The position numbers and the translations under genes are program-made. DNA of 64,000 nucleotides from an uncultured bacterium (GTDB lineage Bacteria > Elusimicrobiota > Elusimicrobia > Elusimicrobiales > Elusimicrobiaceae): assembly GCA_949298795.1 (NCBI GenBank), contig CASFXV010000007.1:940-64939 (forward strand), read 5' to 3'. Shown here piece after piece: positions 54,865 through 64,000 of this stretch. Each line of letters begins with the position of its first letter. The stretch's first letter is position 1. A model generated the notes under the pieces. It was not told where the DNA came from, did no database searches, and saw only the letters and a program-made list of their open reading frames with translations.

Positions 54865-55557
54865 GTGACTGATTCCAATGAAAAAATTGACGTGTTAGAC
54901 AAAGGCTTTATCCGCCTGGTGGATTTTATGGGAGGGGACAACCGCGTAGTTAGTTCCGCCCGTGTATCTTTTGGAGCGGTATCCAAAGGGGAAGAGCAAG
55001 ACAAACGTTTAATTAAATATTTGTTGGAACACGCCCACCATACCCCGTTTGAACATTGTTATTTTCAATTTCATATTTGCTGCCCCATTTTTGTAGCGCG
55101 CCAATGGATGCGCCACCGCTGGGGCTCTTACAATGAAGTAAGCGCACGCTACACCCAAGTAAAAGACGAATTTTATATTCCTTCCCAATTCCGCGGGCAG
55201 GACACCAAAAACAAACAAGGCTCCGTGCCCACTTCATCCTTAGACCAGGAAACCCTGATTAAATTATACGAAGACAGCGTGGAAGCTTCTTACGCCGCTT
55301 ACAACAAACTGATAGAAGCCGGCGTAGCCCGCGAAATGGCCCGCGGCGTTCTGCCCGTGTGCCAATACACCCAATTTTACTGGAGCGTTAACGCCCGCAG
55401 TTTACTTAACTTCTTATCTTTACGTACAGACAAGCACGCCCAATGGGAAATACGCGTTTACGCAGACGCCATTGCAAAAATCTTCCAAGAAAAGATGCCG
55501 TGGTCTTGGGAAGCGTTTGAGGAGTTAAGCCGCAAGCTGCCGTTAGGCTCCGAGTAA
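54865..55557 (+). CDS. thyX: FAD-dependent thymidylate synthase
   Basis: RHRxxSxxxxSxR motif (RHRWGSYNEVSARY), HHTPFEH and HAQWEIR; GTG start. Confidence 0.96.
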   Translation: MTDSNEKIDVLDKGFIRLVDFMGGDNRVVSSARVSFGAVSKGEEQDKRLIKYLLEHAHHTPFEHCYFQFHICCPIFVARQWMRHRWGSYNEVSARYTQVKDEFYIPSQFRGQDTKNKQGSVPTSSLDQETLIKLYEDSVEASYAAYNKLIEAGVAREMARGVLPVCQYTQFYWSVNARSLLNFLSLRTDKHAQWEIRVYADAIAKIFQEKMPWSWEAFEELSRKLPLGSE

Positions 55558-55580
55558 AATTACCTTATTTAGGGGGCTCT

Positions 55581-56789
55581 ATGAGAGTACTGGGCATGAT
55601 TATGGCCGGCGGGAAAGGGGAACGTCTTTATCCGTTAACGAAAGACCGCTCCAAGCCCTCCGTGCCATTTGGCGGCAATTACAGAATTGTGGATTTTGTG
55701 CTTTCCAATTTTGTAAATTCCGGCATTTTTTCGTCTTACGTATTAGTGCAGTACCTGTCTCAAAGTTTAATTGAATACCTGCGCACCACCTGGCGCCACG
55801 AAGGGATTATACCGGATCATTTCCTTACCTGCGTGCCGCCGCAAATGCGTTTGGGTGAAATCTGGTACCGCGGCACGGCGGACTCCGTGCGCCAAAACAT
55901 CAACTTGGTAAAAGATTTTAACCCGGATTTGGTGGCCATCTTCGGTGCGGACCACATTTACCGCATGGACGTGCGGCAAATGATAGATTTTCATTTAAAA
56001 AACAAAGCGGACGTTACCGTAGCGGCTAATTCCGTATCTATTAAAGAGGCGTCTTCCTTTGGCGTACTCGGCGTGGACGAGACAGACCGCATTATCCAAT
56101 TTGAAGAAAAACCCGCCAAGCCCCAGCCTATACCCGGCAACCCCAAAATGGCTTACGCCTCTATGGGCAATTATATTTTTAATACGGATGTTTTGCTGCA
56201 AGTGCTGCAAAAACGCTTTTGTGACGTGCCCGCCTTGGATTTTGGCAAACACATACTGCCCAAAATCTTAACGGACCACCGTACTTTTGCCTATAATTTC
56301 CAGAGTCAAACGCTCCCCGGCGCCAAACCGTATGAGGAACAGGGTTACTGGCGGGACGTGGGAACCATAGAATCTTTTTGGCAAACCAATATGGATTTGC
56401 TGGGCCCCAAGCCTAAGCTGGATTTAAACAACCCGCAGTGGCCCATCAACACCACCTCTTCCCGGCTGCCTCCCGTCAAAAACTTAGGCGGAACGGTGAC
56501 GGACTCTATGCTGGGCAGCGGGTGTTTGATTTATCCCAAAGCCAAAATAAAACACAGCGTGCTCAGCTCCGGCGTGATTGTACATGAAGGGGCCGAAATT
56601 GAAGACTGCGTGATTATGGACTCGTGCGAAATTAAAGCCGGCGCCAAATTAAAAAAAGTAATTATGGACCGCTTTAACACCGTAGCCCCCAAGCAAACCA
56701 TCGGGCACGACCAAGACGCCGACGCCCAAAAATATTATATAGACCCGTCCGGCATTGTAGTCATACCGCGCGGGAAAAATAAATTCTAA
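55581..56789 (+). CDS. glgC: Glucose-1-phosphate adenylyltransferase
   Basis: AGGKGERLYPLT..RSKPSVPFGG, YRGTAD, FEEKP and YWRDVGT motifs. Confidence 0.96.
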   Translation: MRVLGMIMAGGKGERLYPLTKDRSKPSVPFGGNYRIVDFVLSNFVNSGIFSSYVLVQYLSQSLIEYLRTTWRHEGIIPDHFLTCVPPQMRLGEIWYRGTADSVRQNINLVKDFNPDLVAIFGADHIYRMDVRQMIDFHLKNKADVTVAANSVSIKEASSFGVLGVDETDRIIQFEEKPAKPQPIPGNPKMAYASMGNYIFNTDVLLQVLQKRFCDVPALDFGKHILPKILTDHRTFAYNFQSQTLPGAKPYEEQGYWRDVGTIESFWQTNMDLLGPKPKLDLNNPQWPINTTSSRLPPVKNLGGTVTDSMLGSGCLIYPKAKIKHSVLSSGVIVHEGAEIEDCVIMDSCEIKAGAKLKKVIMDRFNTVAPKQTIGHDQDADAQKYYIDPSGIVVIPRGKNKF

Positions 56790-56794
56790 TACAC

Positions 56795-56826
56795 AAACCG
56801 CGCGGCAAACACCGCGCGGTTTTTTA
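56795..56826 (+). terminator. Terminator after glgC
   Basis: AAACCGCGCGG-N6-CCGCGCGGTTTTTT. Confidence 0.85.
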
Positions 56827-56828
56827 TT

Positions 56829-57767
56829 ATGCTTAAAACGGTTAAATTAAAAAATCAAGACGAAATCCTGCTGGTTCTTGGCATACAGGACAGCAAACTG
56901 CGCGCACTGGAAAAAGAAATGCGCGTGGAATGTTTTATTAAATATAACGCCCAAGGCGAAGGGGCCGAACTGACTATTAAAGGAACCAATTCCCGCGTAG
57001 ACAAAGCCTTAGCCAAAATACAGAAAGACTTGGCGCTAAGCGCACAAAAAAAACCGCTTTCTTTGTTAAAAGACGTAAAACCTTTTGCAGACAACATCCT
57101 CTTCCGCCCGGAACACGCCCGCCCGATAGAAGCCCGTACGGAAAACCAAAAAAAATACATAGAGGCTGTTTTCGCTAACGATTTGGTTATATCCATAGGT
57201 CCGGCCGGCACGGGCAAAACCTTTTTGGCCTGCGCCTGCGCGCTGCGCGCGCTGGAGCTGGGGCTGGTGCAGCGCGTTATTGTTACCCGCCCCATTGTGG
57301 AAGCCGGGGAAAAGTTGGGTTTCTTACCGGGCGATATTGAAGAAAAGGTGGACCCTTACCTGCGCCCCATTTATGACGCGTTTTATGACATGCTGGGGGC
57401 GGAGCGTTTCCGCGCGATGAAATACAACAACGTGCTGGAAATTGTTCCCCTAGCCTACATGCGCGGGCGCACGCTGGAAAACGCCTTCATTATTTTAGAC
57501 GAAGCCCAAAACACCCTGCCCGCCCAAATGAAAATGTTTCTTACCCGTATGGGGCTGCATTCCAAAATGGTGGTAAACGGGGATTTAACCCAAATTGACC
57601 TGCCCCCCAAGCAACAAAGCGGGCTGGTACAAATACAAAAAATATTAAAAAACGTATCGGGCGCGGCCTTTTGCCCCATGGAAGCGCAAGACATTGTGCG
57701 CCACCCTTTGGTAAAAGACATCTTGGCCGCCTACACCAAGTGGGAAAAGAAACACCCGGAAAAATAA
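56829..57767 (+). CDS. phoH: PhoH-family ATPase
   Basis: GPAGTGKT, TRPIVEAGEKLGFLPG, LAYMRGRT and DEAQN motifs. Confidence 0.95.
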   Translation: MLKTVKLKNQDEILLVLGIQDSKLRALEKEMRVECFIKYNAQGEGAELTIKGTNSRVDKALAKIQKDLALSAQKKPLSLLKDVKPFADNILFRPEHARPIEARTENQKKYIEAVFANDLVISIGPAGTGKTFLACACALRALELGLVQRVIVTRPIVEAGEKLGFLPGDIEEKVDPYLRPIYDAFYDMLGAERFRAMKYNNVLEIVPLAYMRGRTLENAFIILDEAQNTLPAQMKMFLTRMGLHSKMVVNGDLTQIDLPPKQQSGLVQIQKILKNVSGAAFCPMEAQDIVRHPLVKDILAAYTKWEKKHPEK

Positions 57768-57770
57768 TTT

Positions 57771-58214
57771 ATGAATGTAAATATTTTTTACCAAACGGAC
57801 GTACCCAAACACCTGCGCCGAACGGGAGCCATTAAAAAAGCCGTGCTGAGCGCATTGGGTAAATACCGCAAAGAAAAGGCGGAAGTAAATGTTGTTTTTG
57901 TAGATAAAAAAGAAATACTGCGCATTAACAAAGCGTACTTAAACCACCATTACGTAACGGACGTTATTTCTTTCAATCAGCCCCGGCCGGAGTTTACCCA
58001 CGGGGAGCCCTGGGCCTTTGGGGACGTTTTTGTCTGCTACCAAGTAGCGCGGGAACAAGCCAAAAATTTTGGGCATACGTTCTTGCAGGAAATGATGATG
58101 TACGCCGTACACGGCACCCTTCACCTAACCGGCCTGGACGACCACACCCCCCAAGAACGCGCGGAGATGGACCGCCGCGCCGAACAAATTATCTCGCGCA
58201 CATTGGCTAAATAA
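57771..58214 (+). CDS. ybeY: rRNA maturation endonuclease YbeY
   Basis: TDVISF and VHGTLHLTGLDDH motifs; follows phoH. Confidence 0.93.
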   Translation: MNVNIFYQTDVPKHLRRTGAIKKAVLSALGKYRKEKAEVNVVFVDKKEILRINKAYLNHHYVTDVISFNQPRPEFTHGEPWAFGDVFVCYQVAREQAKNFGHTFLQEMMMYAVHGTLHLTGLDDHTPQERAEMDRRAEQIISRTLAK

Positions 58215-58226
58215 AATGGATATCTA

Positions 58227-58260
58227 TATAAAAACCGCCTTTTTGGGGGCGGTTTTTATA
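58227..58260. terminator. Bidirectional terminator between ybeY and phosphatase
   Basis: ATAAAAACCGCC / GGCGGTTTTTAT stem between convergent genes. Confidence 0.88.
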
Positions 58261-59050
58261 CTTGTGAGGCTAAAGGAGCTTCTTTAATTTCGGGCTGGCC
58301 GTCCGTAAATACCAAATATTGCAATTTGCGGTGCAGCCCCACATCCATGGGAACAATATTATGCCCGTTATTTAAATCAATATGGTCCACTTGCGTGTGT
58401 CCCACAATTTGCGTAATGGGGCTGACGGGGTAAGAATTTAACAAATCGTCCAAATCTTCCCAAAAAATTCCGCCGTATTTATCCGGCCCGCTGCGGGTAA
58501 TGCTGATGTTAAAAATAGGGTGCCGGTAAAATTCATGCTTAATGGCTTCGCGGAAAATCATGTTCATCAGCATAGACAGATTAATTGCGTTGGGTTCGTC
58601 CAGCTGCATTTCAAAAATTTTATACAATTTGCGCGTTACGCCGGCGTGGGTAAACAAGTATCCTTTATAAGCATAAGCGGCCCGCAATTCCCCGTTTATG
58701 ACTTGGCGGATTAATTTATCACGGATTAGTTTCGCTTCTTCTTTATTAAAACCGGAAATTACATAATTGCTAAGTAAAAGTTCCAGCTCATGGTTTCCTA
58801 TCAGGCGGATAACATCCCCCTGCACATCGCCGGCCTGGCGCTGCAGTTTATCAAGCAAATCATCCACCATGCGCGGCTGGGGGCCGCGGTCAAAAATGTC
58901 CCCCATTTGCAGCAATCGGTTATTCCCGCCGGACCAGTTTAAATGCTCGTCCACCAAACCGGCATGGCGCAAGATGCGCACAAAAGAATCATATTGCCCG
59001 TGCACATCACCAATAACAATTAATTTTTTTGTTATTTTTTCATTAACCAT
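58256..59050 (-). CDS. Calcineurin-like metallophosphoesterase (Shewanella-like phosphatase type)
   Basis: GDVHG, GDIFDRG, GNHE, HAG, VGHT and MDVG motifs. Start placed at MVNEK. Confidence 0.88.
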   Translation of the reverse strand: MVNEKITKKLIVIGDVHGQYDSFVRILRHAGLVDEHLNWSGGNNRLLQMGDIFDRGPQPRMVDDLLDKLQRQAGDVQGDVIRLIGNHELELLLSNYVISGFNKEEAKLIRDKLIRQVINGELRAAYAYKGYLFTHAGVTRKLYKIFEMQLDEPNAINLSMLMNMIFREAIKHEFYRHPIFNISITRSGPDKYGGIFWEDLDDLLNSYPVSPITQIVGHTQVDHIDLNNGHNIVPMDVGLHRKLQYLVFTDGQPEIKEAPLASQV

Positions 59051-59127
59051 AGTCTGCCAGGCCCAGTAAATAATATAATAATAGTATACAAAAAGCATTT
59101 AAAAAAAGTGCAATCTTACTAAAAAAT

Positions 59128-61128
59128 ATGCAAATCAGCCGCAGCGTTTTAAAACAACTAAAAAAAATTGCCGGAGAAAAAAACGTCCTTACAGACGCAT
59201 TGTCTTTATCGCTTTATTCTTATGACTGTTCCCTCTCCCGCACCAAGCCGGATGTAGTTATTTTAGTTGCTGAGGAAAAAACGCTCCCTGTCCTTATCCA
59301 ATTTTTAGTTAAACACCACATTCCGTTTACGCCGCGCGCCGCCGCCACCAATCATGCGGGCGGCTGTGCCACTTTATACGGAGGAGCCGTGTTGGATTTA
59401 ACCCGCTTAAACCGCATTTTAACCATTAACACCCAAGAAAAATTTGCCGACGTTCAACCCGGCGCCATCACGGCAGACCTGCAGGAGCAAGCCTCCCGCC
59501 TGGGCCTGTTATACGCGCCGGACCCGGCCAGCGCGCGCGTGTGTACGTTGGGCGGAAACGCCGCCCAAAACGCCAGCGGCGCACGCTGCATGAAGTACGG
59601 CGGCACGGCAGATTACGTATTAGAGGCGGACTGGATATCCCCCACCGGGGAAGCCATACATCTAAAACGCAACACCCCGGGGCCGGACTGGATTGGCTTT
59701 TTATGCGGAAGCGAAGGCACGCTGGGGCTGTTTTCCCAACTGCGCCTGAAACTAATTGATGAGCCCAAACACATAAAAACTTTTTTAGTCACTTTTTCTT
59801 CTTTAGAAGAGGGCATACAAACCGTAACCGATTTAGCCGCCCAAGGCATTATTCCCCGCTGTGTGGAAGCCATGGATAATTACACCACCAAGACGGTGGA
59901 AGAATTTTCCCACGCCGGCTACCCTGCCGACGCGCAGGCCTTGCTTATTTTGGAGTTGGACGGCACCCCCAAACAAATAGAAACCGACGCCGCGCGGCTG
60001 GAAGAAATTTGCCGCAAAAATTCCTGCCAAACGTTTACCGCCGCCCGTACCGAGGCGGAACGCGCCAAACTGTGGCTGGGCCGCCGCGCCGCTTACGCAG
60101 CCACTACGCTTACCGCGCCGAACGTTATGGTGGGGGACGGCACCGTCCCGCGCAGCCAGCTGCCGCTGGCCTTGCAAAAAGTAAATGAAATTATTTCCCG
60201 CCACGGGTTAACGGCCGGTTTATTATTTCACGCGGGAGACGGCAACTTCCACCCGCATTTAGTGTTTGACGAACGCAACCGCCTGCAGGCCAGCCTGGCC
60301 GCCAAAGCCGCTAAAGAAATTTTGCAGGCTTGCGTAGCGTGCGGAGGCACCGTTTCCGGGGAGCATGGTGTAGGTGTGGAAAAGCGCTCCGCCATGGCTT
60401 TTGAATACGATAAAAACACCCTGGGATTTTTTGCCTCTTTAAAAAATGCGCTGGATCCGCAGCACCTTTCTAACCCCGGAAAAATTATCCCGGTAAACTT
60501 TGCCGAAAAATGCCGTCCGGATACGCCTTTATCCCCCGCGGAAGAACAACTGGCGCAGGAAATAAAAAAACGTTTCAGCCAAAAAACGCCTTCTTGGGTT
60601 ACGGGGGCGGGGTCACGCCGCAAACACCCGGCCATCTCTCCGCTTAATACGCGCGGTTTAAATAAAATCATAGAAGTAGACAAAACCAACTATACCGTAA
60701 CGGCACAGGCCGGGGTATCTACGGCGGAATTAATCCAACGGCTGAAAAAAGAAGGCGTTTTCTCTTCCCTGGCAGAAGACAAAGGAACATTGGGCGGAGC
60801 TTTTGCCTGCAACATCTGCCCGGAATTTTCCCGCCAGGTAACCGGATTAAAAGCCCTTTTGCCCACGGGCCAGCTGGTCTGCTACGGCGGGAAAATAATG
60901 AAAAACGCCGCCGGGTATAATTTATGCCGTCTGTTTGCCGGCTCCGCCGGAGAACTGGGGCTTATTACGGAACTTACTTTTAAAATTTATGCCACGCCGC
61001 AAACCCATCAAGCACGTAAACTGCCGTTAGAAACGCCTGTTTGGCCCCACGCATTAAAACCAATCAAACACGCCGCAGACCCCGCTTGCTTATTCGGCCA
61101 ACTGAAAGAGGAAGAAACCCATGCATGA
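59128..61128 (+). CDS. FAD-linked oxidase, GlcD-like with fused partial GlcE-like domain
   Basis: PDPAS...TLGGN, GSEGTLG, HAGDGNFHP and GEHGVG motifs; second FAD-binding domain with GGKIMKNAAGYNL..LFAGSAGELG. Confidence 0.85.
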   Translation: MQISRSVLKQLKKIAGEKNVLTDALSLSLYSYDCSLSRTKPDVVILVAEEKTLPVLIQFLVKHHIPFTPRAAATNHAGGCATLYGGAVLDLTRLNRILTINTQEKFADVQPGAITADLQEQASRLGLLYAPDPASARVCTLGGNAAQNASGARCMKYGGTADYVLEADWISPTGEAIHLKRNTPGPDWIGFLCGSEGTLGLFSQLRLKLIDEPKHIKTFLVTFSSLEEGIQTVTDLAAQGIIPRCVEAMDNYTTKTVEEFSHAGYPADAQALLILELDGTPKQIETDAARLEEICRKNSCQTFTAARTEAERAKLWLGRRAAYAATTLTAPNVMVGDGTVPRSQLPLALQKVNEIISRHGLTAGLLFHAGDGNFHPHLVFDERNRLQASLAAKAAKEILQACVACGGTVSGEHGVGVEKRSAMAFEYDKNTLGFFASLKNALDPQHLSNPGKIIPVNFAEKCRPDTPLSPAEEQLAQEIKKRFSQKTPSWVTGAGSRRKHPAISPLNTRGLNKIIEVDKTNYTVTAQAGVSTAELIQRLKKEGVFSSLAEDKGTLGGAFACNICPEFSRQVTGLKALLPTGQLVCYGGKIMKNAAGYNLCRLFAGSAGELGLITELTFKIYATPQTHQARKLPLETPVWPHALKPIKHAADPACLFGQLKEEETHA

Positions 61129-62407
61129 ATTGTTTTCCCCCACGTTAGACCCGCGCCGCCCCAAAGAGCATATAGACGCCCTGCCCGCGCCCGGGGGAAT
61201 ACGCTCTCTCTATGACAGCGTATGCTTTTGCAACCGCTGCAACAGCTGTGCGCAAAGCTGCCCGACATTCCGTTTACGGCAGGAAGAATTCTCTTCCCCC
61301 CGCGGCAGAAACCAAATTTTGCGTTTAGTATTGGAAGGAAAATTTAAATTAGCCCCCTATCGCCGGCTGATAGAGCAAAGCATGTCCTCCTGCCTGTTGT
61401 GCGGGGCCTGCACGGCCGCCTGCCCGGGGAAAATCCCCACGGCAGAACACGTGCTGGAAATGCAGCGCGCATTGGGCGTTAGGCCGCTGCCGGTCTTACT
61501 GCACAAAATATTGTCTTGGAGAACATCTTCCCCCCGCCTGTTTGAAATAACCGCCACTCTTTGCCGCTGGGCGCACAACAGCTGCGGCGTAAAATTATTG
61601 CGCGGGTGCGGCATCACCCGTTTGCCGTTTTTAAGCTGGATAAACCATGCGGACGATATTCTTCCGCGCAAAATTACATTTTTACGCCAACACCTTAAAA
61701 AAACAACGCCGCCCCATAACCCGGGTGTTTTATATCTCCCTTCCCTGGAGGCGGCTTATTTGGACGGTTCTTTGGGGCTGGCGGCATATCAGAAGCTGCA
61801 AGGACATCAACCCAAAGTATTATTTGGCGTTTCCAGCGGATTGTTTGAATATGTATATGGTTCCCTGCGGCGTGCGCGCCACGCCGCCCAAAAATTAATT
61901 ATGCTGGCGGGAAACGGGTCCGCCCTGTTGGTAACGGACTCGGCAGATGCATTTTTCTTTATCAAAAACTATCCGCGTCTTTTCTCTCACAGCAAGGTAT
62001 GGGAACGCAAAGCCCGCCGCCTTTCCGCGCGCGTGCGTTTTATTGCGGATTATTTGCCTAAAAAACCCCTAACGCAAGGCATGAACCGCGTGCAAATAGA
62101 CAAAAGCGCCCTTTTCTCTTTTGAAAACGAGGCCTTTGAAAAAACAGAAAAAATATTTCGTGTTATTTTTAGGAAAAATTTGCTACATTATGGGTATAAG
62201 GATACACCCACACCTCCGTTTGGCTATAGTTTCCGCAAAGGAAACCTATCTAAAGAGGTGTGCTTTTGCAGGGTAAAAGACATCGCCCGGACTCAGACTG
62301 ACACCGTGTTCTTCCTTTCCGGGTTGTCCGCCATGGAATTAAACTACTGGCTAAAGAAGTATTACCCCAGCGCCAAGGCGGAACATATAGTACGTTTGAA
62401 TGGGTAA
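61121..62407 (+). CDS. GlcF-like Fe-S oxidoreductase subunit
   Basis: Two CxxCxxCxxxCP ferredoxin motifs and SPRGR; overlaps the previous gene. Confidence 0.8.
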   Translation: MHELFSPTLDPRRPKEHIDALPAPGGIRSLYDSVCFCNRCNSCAQSCPTFRLRQEEFSSPRGRNQILRLVLEGKFKLAPYRRLIEQSMSSCLLCGACTAACPGKIPTAEHVLEMQRALGVRPLPVLLHKILSWRTSSPRLFEITATLCRWAHNSCGVKLLRGCGITRLPFLSWINHADDILPRKITFLRQHLKKTTPPHNPGVLYLPSLEAAYLDGSLGLAAYQKLQGHQPKVLFGVSSGLFEYVYGSLRRARHAAQKLIMLAGNGSALLVTDSADAFFFIKNYPRLFSHSKVWERKARRLSARVRFIADYLPKKPLTQGMNRVQIDKSALFSFENEAFEKTEKIFRVIFRKNLLHYGYKDTPTPPFGYSFRKGNLSKEVCFCRVKDIARTQTDTVFFLSGLSAMELNYWLKKYYPSAKAEHIVRLNG

Positions 62408-62412
62408 GGCTT

Positions 62413-63645
62413 ATGGAATCGTTCAAATCGGAAGCGCCCAAACTCTCTGCCGAAGAGAAGTTAAACCTGCTGGTGGAATTCGGCACCCGCGTCTCTAGCG
62501 AATTGCGGCTGGACAAACTGTTGGATATCATTGCCCAGCAAATTACTAAAATGTTAGACGTGGGGCGCTGTACTATTTATTTAAAAGATGTGGAAAAGAA
62601 CGAGCTGTGGTCTAAAATAGCCCAAGGCCGCGGTTTGGAACACACCGAAATACGCGTCCCGTTAAATGGAAACGGCATTATATCCATTGTGGCCCGCACG
62701 GGCGAAACCATCAATCTTCCCAACGCGTATGAAGACCCCCGCTTTTGCATGGATGTAGACATGGTAACCGATTTCCGCACCCACACCATGTTGGCCGTAC
62801 CGCTTAAAAACAATTCCGGCAAAGTGTTGGGCGTATTTCAAGTAGCCAATAAGTCTGACGCAACCCCCTTTGATAAAAAAGACGAAGGCATTTTGCTTTT
62901 GCTGGCCACTTTGGCCGCCAGCGCCATTGAAATAGCCAAACTGTACCAAGACGTACACGTTGCCCAGCTGGAAACCATATACCGCCTGGCCGTCACCGCG
63001 GAATACCGGGACCAGCAAGACACCCGCGCCCACTTAAAAAACATCAGCATTATTTCTTACCTGTTGGCTTTGGCGCTGGGCATGAGCAAAAAAGAAGCGG
63101 ATTTAATAAAAAACGCCAGCCCGCTGCACGATATCGGCAAAGTGGCGCTGGCAGACAACATTTTGTTAAAACCGGGCAAATTAACGCCGGAAGAATTTGA
63201 AATCATGAAATCCCACACCGTTTACGGCGGGCGCATTTTAGAGGGGGCGCATTCCAAGATCTTACAAATCGCCCATAAAATGAGCCTGTATCACCACGAA
63301 AAATGGAACGGCCTGGGCTACCCCAAAGGATTAAAGGGGGAAGAAATCCCGGTGGAAGCGCGCATTGTAACCGTAGCGGACGTGTTTGACGCGCTGTGCG
63401 TATTTCGCGTATATAAAAAAGCCTGGAAGACGGACGACGCATACACTTACATCGTAGGGGAATCCGGCAAAGCGTTTGACCCGCGCATCGTGGCTGCTTT
63501 TAAGAAGATTTATCCGTCCATTCGCAAATTATATTCCCCGGCGGCCTCTTACGCCACAAAAGAGGACATGGAAACTTCCTCCGCCTCAGACGCGCAAGCC
63601 GCTAAAAACTACCCGCAACAGCAAAACGCTTCCGAAAGTTTATAA
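62413..63645 (+). CDS. GAF + HD-GYP domain protein (putative cyclic-dinucleotide phosphodiesterase)
   Basis: GAF (NAYEDPRF), LHDIGK, HHEKWNGLGYP and ADVFDAL motifs. Confidence 0.92.
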   Translation: MESFKSEAPKLSAEEKLNLLVEFGTRVSSELRLDKLLDIIAQQITKMLDVGRCTIYLKDVEKNELWSKIAQGRGLEHTEIRVPLNGNGIISIVARTGETINLPNAYEDPRFCMDVDMVTDFRTHTMLAVPLKNNSGKVLGVFQVANKSDATPFDKKDEGILLLLATLAASAIEIAKLYQDVHVAQLETIYRLAVTAEYRDQQDTRAHLKNISIISYLLALALGMSKKEADLIKNASPLHDIGKVALADNILLKPGKLTPEEFEIMKSHTVYGGRILEGAHSKILQIAHKMSLYHHEKWNGLGYPKGLKGEEIPVEARIVTVADVFDALCVFRVYKKAWKTDDAYTYIVGESGKAFDPRIVAAFKKIYPSIRKLYSPAASYATKEDMETSSASDAQAAKNYPQQQNASESL

Positions 63646-63670
63646 ACAGCGCTTTACAGGCGCTGTTTTT
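63644..63670 (+). terminator. Terminator after HD-GYP gene
   Basis: AAACAGCGC-N7-GCGCTGTTTTT. Confidence 0.85.
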
Positions 63671-63751
63671 GTTTCCGCCTTTATAAATTAATACAATATA
63701 GTGTCCTTTTGGCTTTCAACCTTAAGTACAATTTTTACTGTGAGGATGTTG

Positions 63752-64000
63752 ATGGAAAAAGAGACCGTTTTAATAGGTTTAAGCGGCGGGGTAGACTCCG
63801 CTGCCGCCGCGGTATTGCTAAAAGAACAAGGGTACCGCGTCATTGGCGCCACCATGCTGATATGGGACCCGTCCCTCCCTGTCCCCGCGGGGCCTTACGC
63901 AAAAAACGCGTGCTTATCCCCGGAGAAAGAAGATTTAAGCGAAATCCGCGCTATCGCCAAACGCTTGGATATAGCATTTTTTGCCATAGACTGCCGGGAA
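63752..64000 (+). CDS. mnmA: tRNA 2-thiouridylase MnmA, 5' partial (not in the ORF track)
   Basis: Hand translation MEKETVLIGLSGGVDSAAAAVLLKEQGYRVIGATM...; SGGVDS PP-loop. Confidence 0.88.
   Translation, partial: MEKETVLIGLSGGVDSAAAAVLLKEQGYRVIGATMLIWDPSLPVPAGPYAKNACLSPEKEDLSEIRAIAKRLDIAFFAIDCRE

Overview
This is a housekeeping-rich window from a roughly 50% GC bacterium, most likely Elusimicrobiota (Elusimicrobiaceae-like). That assignment is an inference from the pilin style and gene content and needs 16S classification. About 50 kb is co-oriented on the minus strand: a full rRNA operon (16S-tRNA-Ile-tRNA-Ala-23S-5S), then rplJL-rpoBC-rpsLG-fusA, the S10-spc-alpha ribosomal protein superoperon, mreB-mreCD-mrdA-rodA-DUF2344-rng, an amidase and a chromate transporter pair. 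The right end holds a type IV pilin, mazG, thyX, glgC, phoH-ybeY, a metallophosphatase, a GlcDE-fusion/GlcF-like oxidoreductase, a GAF-HD-GYP protein and the start of mnmA. No CRISPR array, IS element or prophage was seen. Main observations: (1) a ~176-nt 5S-rRNA-derived structured element (44135-44310), inverted and just beyond the rrn terminator, which keeps 5S topology with compensatory base changes and has a ~50-nt insertion in loop C; (2) four tandem Cys-rich lipoproteins plus an ankyrin pseudogene where tuf normally lies; (3) a poly-T tract between -35 and -10 of the pilin promoter, a phase-variation candidate; (4) a 257-nt highly structured rplJ-rplL spacer and other long-hairpin sRNA candidates; (5) five consensus-like tandem sigma70 promoters feeding the rrn operon; (6) mreB directly abutting rplQ, and no rpmD. 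All RNA structures were paired by eye; no folding software or database searches were run.
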